Assembly (NCBI GenBank): GCA_963555825.3 | Contig: CAUVXB020000002.1 | Location: 128,001-192,000 of the forward strand | Direction of reading: 5' to 3' | Length of the DNA stretch: 64,000 nt | Source: Alphaproteobacteria bacterium | GTDB lineage: Bacteria > Pseudomonadota > Alphaproteobacteria > JAAXGF01 | Shown: positions 19,314 to 30,133 of the stretch, one piece after another | Position numbering within the stretch: position 1 is the stretch's first letter | How the letters are laid out: every line of letters begins with the position of its first letter | Notes under the pieces: generated by a model | Databases searched by the model: none | Told to the model about the DNA's origin: nothing | Seen by the model: only the letters and a program-made list of their open reading frames with translations | Position numbers and translations under genes: made by a program

Positions 19314-22300
19314 ATGACCTCCTCGACCTCGACCGTGTACGTGCCGGTATCGCGGGAATTCCAGGCCTGGACGGAGATGGCATAGACGCCGTTGCTGTCC
19401 GGAGCGAAGTCGAGTCGGCTGTTCCTGCCCGTCCCTCCGTTGTTGTCGGAGCGGTCGAGAGACTCCGGATTTTCTTTACTTGGTGCTGCTGCGCCCAACT
19501 TATACAGTCTGTGAATGTAGGGGTCGGCCAGTGTCCCGTCGCCCGTGTCCGCGCCCTTGACGTGGATCCGATAGGTCTTTCCCTGGTCCAATTCGAACCG
19601 GAAAAAGTCTCGGTCCCATTCGTCCTCCAGGTTCCCCGTCGTGGAGCCGCCCACCGCGACCCTCCCGATATCGTTGGAGTCGGCGTGGATGCGGCGCCCT
19701 GCGCTGCCTGCAATATCGGCGTGATGATAATAGATGCCTCCGACGTTGCCGCCGCCGGGGTAGTCGTCGCCGGCTTTCTGCACCGTCAGAGTGTAGGTTC
19801 CGGTGTGGTTAAAGGCGGTATTGGCGTGACCGGCGGCGATGTAGTAGGTGCCGGCTTCGCCGGAGGTGAAGATGAGCTTGCTGTCCGCGCCCGTCCCCGA
19901 GTTGTTGTTGGAGGTGTCCGCGATCTCGTTGCCATCCTTGTCGTAGACCCCGTGAATTTGGGGGTCCCACAGCGTCCCGGACCCGGACGACTGGCCCTTG
20001 AGGTCGAACCGGTACTCCGTGTTCGCCTCGAGCTCGACCGCGAACCAGTCCCGGTCGCCGTCATAGTCGATGTTCCCCGTCACGAAGACGGGCACCGCGA
20101 CCACCCCTGTGGTGTGGGTGTTCGCCGAGTAGTCGTCGTCGCTGCGGAAAGTGGCCACGGTCAGGCGATAGGTGCCGGTATAGTGGGCGTTGCCGGCCGT
20201 CGCGATGTAGTAGGTGCCGTCTTCCTCCGGCTCGAAGACGAAGCGGGTGTTGTAGCCCACACCACCGTCGTTTTTTTCGGTGCCGGGGATCTTCGTGCCG
20301 TTCGGCTTGTAGATGCCCTGGAGGTAGGGGTCCCGCAGCGTCCCGTCGGTCGTGTCCGTTTCCGCGAAGTTCGCACCCTCGATGTCGATCTGGTATTCCA
20401 CCCCCGCCAGGAGCTGGATCTTGAACCAGTCCCTCTCTCCCGATTGCTCGATGTCACCCGTCGCGGAGCCGCCCACCTCGATATCGGTGGCAGTGTGCTT
20501 GACGACACCGAACACGCTGGTTGCCGTCACGGACAGGCGGTAGGTTCCTCCGGTAAAGGGGTTTGAATTGCCGACGGCGATGTAGTAGGTGCCGTCGGCC
20601 TCCACCCGGAAATTTGAGAGGCGGCTGTCAAGTCCCTCGCCGCCGTCGTCGTCATTCGGAGTCGGGGAGTTTCGTGGCGCCATGCCAGACGCCTAGAAGG
20701 TAGGGGTCGACCAAAGTGCCGGCAAACGTGTCCGAGCCCCTGAGGTCGATCCGGTATTCCACCCCCGCCAGGAGCTCGACCGCGAACCAGTCCCGGTCGG
20801 CGCGGGCATCGGCCTCGATTCGCCCCGTTGCGAAGCCGCCCACCGCGACCGTCCCCGTGGTGCTGGTGTCGCCCGCGTAATCGTCGTCCGATTCTCCTCG
20901 ACACATCCACGCGGTAGGTTCCGGTACCGCCGTCGGCACTGCGCACGGCGATGTAGTAGATGCCGCCGGTCGGCGCCTCGAAAAGGACCCCGGCTGTTCG
21001 TACCTCCGCCGGAGTTATCGTTCGTGGTGTTTTCGATCAGATTGCCGCTCGAGTCGTGGATGCCCACCAGGTAGGGGTCGCGCAGCGCGCCAGCAATAAA
21101 ATCCGAGCCGAGGACATCGATTTCGTATTGCACTCCCCCATCTCGAGCTCGACCTTGAACCAGTCCACGTCGCGCCTGGTCTCGATTTCACCCGTTGCGA
21201 AGCCGCCCACCTCGACCGTCCCGGCGGTGCGGATGTCCGCCGGGTAGTCGTCGGTTCTCGTCACGGACAGGCGGTACCGTCCGCTGCTGCTGCCAGCTGC
21301 GCGGCCGAGGACGATATAGTAGGTGCCTTCGGTCGGCGGTTCGATGTCGAGTACTGCGACTTTGTCACCGCGAAAACGGAAAATGTGGTCGACTTGGTTG
21401 CCGAGATCGTCATAGACGGCAAAAACTGCAGGCTTGGCGAGCGCTCTGCCGGGAAGGGCATCGTCCACGCCTTCCATTTCGATCCGGTAGTTTACGCCCG
21501 CCCCAAGTTCGACCGCGAACCAGGCCCTCTCTCTATCGGAAGCGATTAATCCCGTCGGTGGGTTGTCGACGTCTCCGACCTCGACGGTCTTTGCGGAGGA
21601 CTGATGGTAGAAAACTCTTCGGCTTCCGTCACCGACAGGCGGTAGGTTCCGGTAGACAGTTTTGTATAATACTGGTTTGTATAATACTGCTCGCGGCGAT
21701 GTAGTAGGTGCCGCCAGTGTCCGGAGCGAACAACAATCGGGCGTTCCGACCCTCGCCACCGTCGTTGTTGGTGCTGGTGCCCGGGACTTTTTGGCCCTTC
21801 GCGTCGTAGATGCCGCTAATAGAGGGATCTGGCAGCGTCCCGTGCCCGTCCGGCGCGCTCGACGCGCCCTCGAGGTCGATCCGGTAGGTCCGCCCCGCCA
21901 GGAGCTCGACCTTGAACCAGTCCACGTCGCCACCGGCCGATCCGGTACGCGGCGGCCCGATCACGCCGGTGACCGATCCGCCCACCGCGACCGTCCCCGG
22001 GTGACGATATCGCCCGTGTAGTCGTCGCCGGCGCGCTGCTGCTGGCTTACGAGCGGTTCTGTCCTCGCTGTCGGGGAAAACCTGCGCGTCGGGGAAACCC
22101 GTCTCGAACAAGCTGACGGACAGCGGGCCGGCCTCGCCAAACGGCGGCCGGGTGAACAAGCTGACGGATGGCGGGCCGGCCTCGCCAAACGGCGGCCGGG
22201 TGATTTGCCTCTCCGGCTCCTCCACCTCCGGCACGGGCGTGACATCCGGCACCACCTCCGGCACGGGCGTGACATCCGTCACCACCTCCGGCTCGGGCGT

Positions 22301-23248
22301 GACATCCGTCACCGTGAGCCTGTAGGTGCCCGTCTCGTCGCGGTCGCCCGATGCCTCCACATAGTACTTCCCCGCCTCCGTCGCCGTGAACGTCACCCGG
22401 CTGTCGCGCGAGCCCTGGAAGTCGTCGTTGTAGGTCCGGTGCTGCCCGTCGCCGGTGCTCTTGTTGCCCTCGGCATCCAGGATGCGCCGCAGGAAGGTGT
22501 CCGAGAGCGTGCCGTGCCCGCCCGGCGCGCCCTGCAGGTCGAATCGGTAGGTGCGGCCCGCCTCAAGCTCGACCTCGAACCAGTCCTTGTCGCCCGCGGT
22601 CTCGATCTCGCCGGTGGCCGAGCCGCCGACCGCGACGGCTGCTGTCGTGGTGGTATCAGCTGCGATGTCAGTCACCACCACCGGCACGGGCGCGGCATCC
22701 TTCACCACCACCGGCACGGGCGCGGCATCCTTCACCACCTCCGGCACGGGCGCGGCATCCTTCACCACCTCCGGCACGGGCGCGGCATCCTTCACCACCT
22801 CCGGCTCAGGCGTGACATCCGGCACCACCTCCGGCTCGGGCGTAACATCCGGCACCACCTCCGGCTTGGGCGTGACATCCGTCACCGTGAGCCTGTAGGT
22901 GCCCGTCTCGTCGCGGTCGCCCGATGCCTCCACATAGTACGTCCCCGCCTCCGTCGCCGTGAACGTCACCCGGCTGTCGCGCGAGCCCTGGAAGTCGTCG
23001 TTGTAGGTCCGGTGCTGCCCGTCGCCGGTGCTCTTGTTGCCCTCGGCATCCAGGATGCGCCGCAGGAAGGTGTCCGAGAGCGTGCCGTGCCCGCCCGGCG
23101 CGCCCTGCAGGTCGAATCGGTAGGTGCGGCCCGCCTCAAGCTCGACCTCGAACCAGTCCTTGTCGGCCGCGGTCTCGATCTCGCCGGTGGCCGAGCCGCC
23201 GACCGCGACGGCCGCTGTCGTGGTGGTATCAGCTGCGATGTCAGTCAT
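19310..23248 (-). pseudogene. Secreted protein of tandem PPC (pre-peptidase C-terminal)-like modules, probable T1SS substrate; split by several frameshifts (real or sequencing errors)
   Basis: About 9 repeats of VAVGG..TGEIE...D.DWF.VEL.AG..YRIDL.G..GTL.DP...DD.G...F....GTYYI across ORFs 21629-23248, 21037-21933, 20693-21133, 20652-20939, 19310-20683; GTGA coupling to the ABC gene. Confidence 0.85.
22225..22885 (-). repeat. 30-bp coding tandem repeats (PEPEVVPDVT / PVPEVVKDAA) flanking a near-exact module duplication
   Basis: Arrays at ~22225-22315 and ~22675-22885; 22290-22675 recurs at an offset of 573; a 48-bp duplication (TRPPFGEAGP.SVSLF) lies at ~22105-22203. Confidence 0.9.
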
Positions 23249-23601
23249 GACCGATTACCCCGATATAGTCTGCATGATGTCCTGCCCGATATGCCGGCGG
23301 CCCGGACCCCGAGGCACATCCCCACCCCCGGCCCTGCGCGCCCGGTTGCCGGTCGGGGAAACTCCGGGTTCGGCGTGGAACCTTGCCCCCTTGGAACCTA
23401 ATAACGTCGATGGGTTAGAACGCGGATCGGCGTCGAATACGCACGCCGAACAACAGACGAGCCTTGCAGGCTCAACTTTCACCAACAAACGATCCATGTC
23501 GGTCTCCCATTCCCCCTGACTGCCCGGCCGCTTGTCGCCCCACGCACAACATCACGCACGCCAAGGGCGCCTGAAGCCCGCCGCGCTGCCTGTCCGTAAT
23601 A

Positions 23602-26169
23602 CCGTGGCGTCCGCACTCCATTCCCCTTGCAAGTTTAGACAGTTATGTGTGACAGTAGTGCCAATTCTCGGGGTTTTGTACGAATTAGACACGAATTCTT
23701 CGCGATTTCTACGCGATCCATCGGGAATCGGACAGAACCGAAGGAGCCGGACCCCTTCCGCGGTCCGCCGGCGAATCTGTCCCCGGCCGGGCCGGCAACG
23801 CGGTCCGCGGCGGGTGCAGGGAGGATGGAATGACCGACCGCGAACCGACGGCAGCCGAGAACGAGGCGCTGCGCGCGCGCATCTCGGCGCTCAGCGCGGC
23901 GAGCCTGCGCATCAGCGCAAGCCTCGACCTGGAGACCGTCCTCAACGAGATCGTAGACAGCGCCCGGGCGCTCACTGGCGCCCGCTTCGCCGCCATCGCC
24001 ACCATCGACGAGGCGGGCGCGCCCCAGGACTTCGTCACCTCGGGCTTCACCGCCGACGAGCACCGGCGCCTGGCGGAGTGGTCCGAGGGCCCGCGGCTCT
24101 TCGAGCACTTCCGCGACCTCGAGGGGCCGCTCCGGATCGCCGACGTTTCGGCCTATGTGCAGGCGCTCGGCTTCCCGACCGACCGGCTGCCGTCGAAGAC
24201 CTTCCAGGGCACGCCGATGCGCCATCGCGGCGTCCATGTCGGCAACTTCTATCTCGTCGAGAAGGAGGGCGGCGAGGCGTTCACCGACGAGGACGAGGAG
24301 ATCCTGGTGCTGTTCGCCTCCCAGGCCGCGACCGCGATCGCCAATGCGCGGACCTACCGCGCCGAGCAGCGCGCCCGCGCCGACCTCGAGGCGCTGATCG
24401 AGACCTCGCCGGTCGGCGTCGTGGTGTTCGACGCCGGCACCGGCCGGCCGGTCTCGCTCAACCGCGAGGCCAGGCGGATCGTCGAGAGCCTGCGCATGCC
24501 GGGCCGCACCGCCGAGGACCTGCTCGGGATCCTCACCTGCCGCTTCGCCGACGGGCGCGAGATCGCCCTCGACAAGTTCCCGCTGGCGCAGGCGCTGAGC
24601 AGCGCCGAGACGGTGCGCGCCGAGGAGATCGTGCTCTCGGTCCCCGACGGGCGCAGCGTCACGATTCTTGTCAACGCGACGCCGATCCACGCCGAGGACG
24701 GCGCCGTCGCGTCGGTGGTGGTCACCATGCAGGACCTCGCCCCGCTTCAGGAACTGGAGCGGATGCGGGCGGAGTTCCTCGGCATGGTGAGCCACGAGCT
24801 GCGCGTGCCGCTGACCTCCATCAAGGGCTCGACCGCCGCGGCGCTCGGCGCCGCGCGGCTCGTCGCGCCGGCCGAGACGCGCGAGTACTTCCGCATCATC
24901 GACGACCAGGCCGACCGCATGATCGGGCTGATCGCCGACCTGCTCGATGCCGGGCGCATCGAAACCGGCACGCTCTCGGTCTCGCCCGAGCCCTCGGAGG
25001 TCGGCGCCCTGGTGGACCAGGCCCGCAACGCCTTCCTCTCCGGCGGCGCCCGACACGCCGTCCTGATCGACCTGCCGCCCGGCCTGCCGCCGGTGCTGGC
25101 CGACCGCCAGCGCATCGTGCAGGTGCTGAACAACCTCTTGGCGAACGCCGCGCGCCACTGCCCGGACACCGCTCCCATCCGGATCGCTGCGGAACGCGAC
25201 GGGGTGCATGTCGCGGTCTCGGTTGCAGACGAGGGAAGGGGCATCGCGCCGGAGCGCCTCGGGCAACTCTTCCGCAAATACGTCACCGCCGGGGACCGCG
25301 ACGGCGAGGTCGGCGGCGGGCTGGGACTTGCCATCTGCAAGGGCCTGGTCGAGGCTCACGGCGGGCGCATCCGGGCCGAGAGCGGCGGCCTCGGCCTCGG
25401 CGCCCGCTTCACCTTCACGCTCCCGGTAGCCCAGACGGCCAGCACCGGCGCCCTCCCGCGCCGCCCCGGCAGGCCCGGCGCGGAGACCGAAGCGGCGCCC
25501 ATCCTCGTGGTCGACGACGACCCGGAGACGCTGCGCCATGTCCGCGACACGCTCGCGGACGCGGGTTTCGCCCCCCTGGTCACCGGCGACCACCGGGAGA
25601 TGTCGCGCATCCTCCAGGCCGAGAAGCCCCAGTTGGTGCTGCTCGACCTGATGCTGCCCGGGACCGACGGGGTGCAGCTGATGCAGACCGTTCCGGAGCT
25701 CGCCGACCAGCCGGTCATCTTCATCTCGGGCTACGGGCGCGACGAGACCATCGCGAGTGCGTTCGAGGCCGGCGCCGACGACTACATCGTCAAGCCCTTC
25801 TCGCCGACCGAACTGGTGGCGCGGATCCGTGCGGCGCTGCGGCGCAGGGCCGACCCGGTCCCGATGGTGCTGGGCGATCTCGCCATCGACTACGACCGGC
25901 GCCGGGTCACGGTGGCCGGGCGAGCGGTCGAGCTGACGGCGACCGAGTACGAACTCCTGCGCGTTCTTTCGCAGGGCGCCGGCCGTGTCCTGACCCACGA
26001 TACCCTGCTGCGCCGGGTCTGGAACGGGCGGACCGCCGACCCGAAGATCGTGCGCGCCTACGTGAAGCGGCTGCGCAGCAAGCTCGGCGACGATGCGCAG
26101 CGGCCAGCCTACATTCTGACCGAGCGCCGGGTGGGCTACCGCATGCCCGGGCCCGGCGACCCATAGCCG
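23602..26169 (+). repeat. 2.57-kb direct repeat, copy 2
   Basis: Near-identical to 4302-6869. Confidence 0.95.
23830..26166 (+). CDS. Hybrid sensor kinase/response regulator, second copy
   Basis: 778 aa; differs from copy 1 at LSVPDGRSVTILV vs LTTPDGRSITTLV and KPQL vs KPRL. Confidence 0.95.
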   Translation: MTDREPTAAENEALRARISALSAASLRISASLDLETVLNEIVDSARALTGARFAAIATIDEAGAPQDFVTSGFTADEHRRLAEWSEGPRLFEHFRDLEGPLRIADVSAYVQALGFPTDRLPSKTFQGTPMRHRGVHVGNFYLVEKEGGEAFTDEDEEILVLFASQAATAIANARTYRAEQRARADLEALIETSPVGVVVFDAGTGRPVSLNREARRIVESLRMPGRTAEDLLGILTCRFADGREIALDKFPLAQALSSAETVRAEEIVLSVPDGRSVTILVNATPIHAEDGAVASVVVTMQDLAPLQELERMRAEFLGMVSHELRVPLTSIKGSTAAALGAARLVAPAETREYFRIIDDQADRMIGLIADLLDAGRIETGTLSVSPEPSEVGALVDQARNAFLSGGARHAVLIDLPPGLPPVLADRQRIVQVLNNLLANAARHCPDTAPIRIAAERDGVHVAVSVADEGRGIAPERLGQLFRKYVTAGDRDGEVGGGLGLAICKGLVEAHGGRIRAESGGLGLGARFTFTLPVAQTASTGALPRRPGRPGAETEAAPILVVDDDPETLRHVRDTLADAGFAPLVTGDHREMSRILQAEKPQLVLLDLMLPGTDGVQLMQTVPELADQPVIFISGYGRDETIASAFEAGADDYIVKPFSPTELVARIRAALRRRADPVPMVLGDLAIDYDRRRVTVAGRAVELTATEYELLRVLSQGAGRVLTHDTLLRRVWNGRTADPKIVRAYVKRLRSKLGDDAQRPAYILTERRVGYRMPGPGDP

Positions 26170-26170
26170 G

Positions 26171-26400
26171 CTTAAGTGTTTTCAAGGTGGTTATCACCGC
26201 CTCAGTCTGTATGGGACTTCTCCCGCAGGCGGTCGTAGTGTTGGGTGTTGGCCAGGGGCTCATTGACAAGCTTGAGAGCCAGCGGTGGTGGCAAGGGTGC
26301 GGGCCTGGGGTCCTCGATCAAGCGCATCAGGATGTTGGTGATGTGTAGTTTGGAGACGGGCCGCTGGCAAAGTGCCAGGGTCACCTCGGCCTCCGCCGCC
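26171..26400 (-). pseudogene. IS21 istA/istB junction remnant, inverted homolog of 13436-13573
   Basis: Reverse complement aligns with 13436-13573 with scattered substitutions; SKLHITNILMRLIEDPRP..EPLANTQHYDRLR. Confidence 0.8.
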
Positions 26401-26629
26401 GCCAGGTTGCCCTTCGGCGACGATACCCCCGCCCGTCCTGCCGGCCTTCGGGCTCTGCCGCCTGCGCCCGGACCGATTGCGCATGCCCGATTGCGTTCCA
26501 CTCGCTTGCGCCGGCGCGTGCCCGGTCTCACATGTGGTTCAGGAACCCGGACCGCGAGATCCCGGCGGAGACGATGCGGAGGCGGGGTTCGCGGTCCAGA
26601 GAACCTGACAGGAACGTTTGCAATGGGCG

Positions 26630-26945
26630 CCAGGATGCAGGCCTCCATCCCGAGCCGCCGCGCGGAGGCGGCAGCGATGCGCACCAGGTTCGACTGCACC
26701 GCGCCGGTGACCAGCACCGTGTCGGCGCCGCGCGCCTCAGCTTCGCCGAAGTGGAACTCGATCTGGCGCACCTTGTTGCCGCCGAACGCGAGGCCGGTGC
26801 AGTCGTCGCGCTTGATCCAGAGATCGATGCCAAGCGCCCCGCCAAGGTTCGGCGCGGGATCGAGCGGCGTCGGCGTATGGCCGAGCCGCGCCCGCGGGAA
26901 GCGGGCGATGCCGGCAAGGGAACTGGGCATGACGGGAACAGGCAT
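26630..26945 (-). pseudogene. D-cysteine desulfhydrase/ACC deaminase family, 3'-truncated
   Basis: LGHTPTPL..LWIKRDDCTGLAFGGNKVRQIEF..GADTVLVTGAVQSN; similarity ends after ~105 aa. Confidence 0.85.
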
Positions 26946-27069
26946 GTCCGGTGGCTTCTCCGGGGAAGTGTTTTAGTATGCGCCCAGACAGGCGCCCTCG
27001 CCGGGCGGCCGATGCAAGCGGATTTTGCCGCCCGCGGCGATAACGCGGCCCCCCGGTATTGAAGTCGGC

Positions 27070-27238
27070 GGAGGTACCACGATCTTCATTGCCATGGGAT
27101 CGGGTTTCTCCTTGGCTTGTAAATCAGCCTGGCGCTCCAGCCACTTTGCGAAGACCTCTTCATCGTGGCCGCCGCCGACAGAAGCGCATTCAATTTTCTC
27201 ATCAGACCTTCGGTGAGTACGGTTTCATCGATAGCCAT
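27070..27238 (-). pseudogene. Fragment of a small hypothetical protein
   Basis: AGGA RBS, MAIDETVLTEGLMRKLNAL, frameshift, then EEVFAKWLERQ..KPDPMAMKIV. Confidence 0.35.
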
Positions 27239-27754
27239 TTCCTGAACCTCTCACTTCCAACTTCTTTCACCGTCGAACAGCGGGGCTTTGATAGGACAGA
27301 TTGCCACTGTTCCGCAGCGGTTTACGTGTAATGGCCTGCACGCCTAATAATCACTTTCGTATCTAATCCTCTAAGAATTAAGTCAAATTACGCTACTAGA
27401 TTACCGTCGGCACGGAACTCGATTCTATACCGCCCCTCTTTCATGAAGCGTCTCAACTTTTTTGCGAGACATTATCTGACGTTTCCGATCTATTTCCCGC
27501 CGCCAGATTGTGGTGGTCCCAAAGACATTGTCACGTTATTGAACGGCCGTGCCGCGAATTGGCTGTCAATGGCGGAGCAAAAAGGGACCACCTCGGCGGT
27601 GTAAGAAGGGACCGCTTGGCGGCTGCGGGCTTGTCCCCGTAGTCCACGGGAGGGCCCCGCGCGCGACGCGGCGTGCCCTCAACAGGCTGACGCGGCGGCG
27701 CGCGCGGGAGGGACCTGTGGGCCCACGGGGTCAAGCGTGGGCTGGGTGGTCGGT

Positions 27755-28519
27755 TCAGTTAGCAGTCGGGGTTTGACGCCTGCGGCTCTGGTTGAGCCTG
27801 TAGCTGTCACCGTTCATCTCGAGGATGTTGACGTGGTGGGTGAGGCGATCGAGGAGCGCGCCGGTGAGGCGCTCGGAGCCGAACACCTCGGTCCATTCGT
27901 CGAAGGGCAGATTGGTGGTGACCAGGGTCGAGCCCCGCTCGTAGCGTTGGCTGAACACCTCGAACAACAGCTCGGCGCCGGTCTTCGACAGCGGCACGAA
28001 GCCGAGTTCGTCGACGATCAGAAGCTTGTAGGTGGCGAGCTTCTTCTGGAACCTCAGCAGCTGCTTGTCATCGCGGGCCTCGATGAGTTCGTGGACCAGC
28101 GCGGCGGCGGTGATGAAGCCGACCGAGAGGCCCTTCTGGCAGGCCGCCAGGCCGAGACCGAGGGCGATGTGGGTCTTGCCGGTCCCACTGTTGCCGAGCG
28201 CGATGAGGTTCTCGCGGCGCTCGATGTACTCGCAGCGGGCCAGCTCCAGGACCAGCGCCTTGTTGAGCGAGGGGATGACCTTGAAGTCGAAGCTGTCGAG
28301 GCTCTTGACCACGGGGAAGCGCGCCGCCTTGATGCGCCGCTCGACCATGCGGCGCTCGCGGTCGATCAGCTCGAGCTCGGCGAGTCTCAACAGGTAGCGG
28401 ACGTGATCGACGCCTTCCGAGGCGCACTGCCGGGCGATCTTGTCGTACTCGCGCAGGAAGGTCGGCAGCTTCAGCGTCTTGAGGTGGTGGGCGAGCAGCA
28501 CTTGCGGTGTGTCGGTCAT
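27755..28519 (-). CDS. istB: IS21 helper ATPase
   Basis: GNSGTGKTH, LLIVDELGF, TTNLPF, LLDRLTHH. Confidence 0.95.
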   Translation of the reverse strand: MTDTPQVLLAHHLKTLKLPTFLREYDKIARQCASEGVDHVRYLLRLAELELIDRERRMVERRIKAARFPVVKSLDSFDFKVIPSLNKALVLELARCEYIERRENLIALGNSGTGKTHIALGLGLAACQKGLSVGFITAAALVHELIEARDDKQLLRFQKKLATYKLLIVDELGFVPLSKTGAELLFEVFSQRYERGSTLVTTNLPFDEWTEVFGSERLTGALLDRLTHHVNILEMNGDSYRLNQSRRRQTPTAN

Positions 28520-30015
28520 GCGCCGAGCCCCGACAGCAGGCTCATGTACGACTTGGCGGACGTCATCGCGACCCGGGCGCGCGGCAGATACGGATAGACG
28601 TCGAGGTTGAGCCTGGGCGGCCGCCGCTCGATGCGGCACAGTACCAGGTGCTTCACCGCATCAAAGCCGATTGCGCCGAGCCGCAGGGCGTCGCCGACCG
28701 CACCCTCGACCTCCTCGAGCCGGAAGGTCTCCAGTAGACGGAGCACCTGGACGTACTCGCGCTTGCCTGCCTTGCCCATACGAGCTTCGAGGAGCCGCCG
28801 CAGAGTGATGAAGGCCTCGGGCAGGTCCCAGCCCGCCAATGGCGCGGCCTGGTCGAGGGCGCCGATCTTCTGCTCGATCAAGGGCAGGTAATGCAGCGGG
28901 TCGAAGATCAGGTCCTCGCTGTCGTAGGACCGGCGGTGCCGGGCGATCACCTCGGCCCCGCAGCTGATCACCACCTCATCGACGTAGCCCCGGATGAGCA
29001 CCTCACGGTGGCCGTAGGCCACGGGCACGGAATAGTCGTTGCTGCGGTAACGCACCAGCGACAGCGAACTCGCCCGTCCAGGGCGCTTATCGCAGGCATC
29101 ATAGGGAGCAGGCGGCAATGGCAAGAGAACTTGACGATCCCGCTCGAGACGCTCGCCGATGGTCTCCTTGTGGCCCCGCAGCCGCGCCGCCTGGCGCCGG
29201 CGGCACTGTTCGGCGAGAGCATCGTTGAGGGCCGCGAAGCTCTCGGCACGCGGGACGGGGACCAGGAAGTTCCGCCGGATGAAGCCGACCAGTCCCTCGA
29301 CCTTGCCCTTGTCGTTGCCCTTGCCCGGCCGGCCGAACCTGTCCTCGAACAGATAGTGGGACTGAAGCTCCGTGAAGACGCGCGTTCGCTGCCGCTTCCC
29401 ATCGCCCAGGATCCGGGCAACCGCCAGCTTGGTGTTGTCGTACAGGATGGATCGGGGGACGCCGCCGAAGAAGGCAAACGCCGCGTTGTGGCCATCGCAG
29501 AATGCTTCGGTCGTCTCCGCCGGATAGGCCGCAACAAAGCAACCATCACTGTGGGGAAGGTCGAAGGCAAGGAAGTGGATCTTCCGTAACGCGCCGCCGA
29601 TCACCGCCATCGCTTCGCCGAAGTCCGCCTGGGCGTGACCGGGGGAATGGGAGAGTGGCACGAACACCTCACGCGACCGAAGCCCCTGCTCACGAACGTA
29701 GTCCTTCACGATGGTGTAGCCGCCCGTGAAACCGTACTCGTCCCGGAGGCGGTCGAAGATGCGCTTCGCAGTGTGCCGTTGCTTGCGGTGGCTGGTCCGA
29801 TCGTCTTCCAAGATCCGATCGATGATTCCCGTGAACGGACCCAGCTTTGGCCGCCTCGGCGGCGCGCTTCGGCGATACCCTGGCGGCACCGAGAACGACA
29901 GCATCTTACGGACCGTCTTGCGGTCTACACCAAACACCCGCGAGGCCTCGCGGGTGCTCATCCCCTCGACATGACACGCCCGCCGAACCCGTGCGTACAA
30001 CTCCACCCGATACAT
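28516..30015 (-). CDS. istA: IS21 transposase
   Basis: HTAKRIFDRL, AQADFGEA, ILYDN, KGKVEGLVG. Confidence 0.95.
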   Translation of the reverse strand: MYRVELYARVRRACHVEGMSTREASRVFGVDRKTVRKMLSFSVPPGYRRSAPPRRPKLGPFTGIIDRILEDDRTSHRKQRHTAKRIFDRLRDEYGFTGGYTIVKDYVREQGLRSREVFVPLSHSPGHAQADFGEAMAVIGGALRKIHFLAFDLPHSDGCFVAAYPAETTEAFCDGHNAAFAFFGGVPRSILYDNTKLAVARILGDGKRQRTRVFTELQSHYLFEDRFGRPGKGNDKGKVEGLVGFIRRNFLVPVPRAESFAALNDALAEQCRRRQAARLRGHKETIGERLERDRQVLLPLPPAPYDACDKRPGRASSLSLVRYRSNDYSVPVAYGHREVLIRGYVDEVVISCGAEVIARHRRSYDSEDLIFDPLHYLPLIEQKIGALDQAAPLAGWDLPEAFITLRRLLEARMGKAGKREYVQVLRLLETFRLEEVEGAVGDALRLGAIGFDAVKHLVLCRIERRPPRLNLDVYPYLPRARVAMTSAKSYMSLLSGLGA

Positions 30016-30133
30016 CCCCCCCGCCTTCCAGTCAGAGCAACCCTGACAGAAGGCTATACGCGGTCCCATTTTGGTCCGCCGCAGCCGGATCGACCGGCCG
30101 CTTCAGTGGGGGATTATTGCTCTGCCGTTCTCA

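Larger units (their letters stand above)
27564..30133 (-). mobile_element. IS21-family element, intact, copy 1 (2570 bp)
   Basis: Ends TGTCAATGGCGGAGCAA / TGAGAACGGCAGAGCAA; istA-istB; appears identical to 48322-50891; no TSD. Confidence 0.95.

Noticed and set aside
22225-22885. 30-bp repeat arrays as a possible CRISPR array
   Set aside because: Units are contiguous with no unique spacers, are in-frame multiples of 3 inside a coding region, and no cas genes are present.
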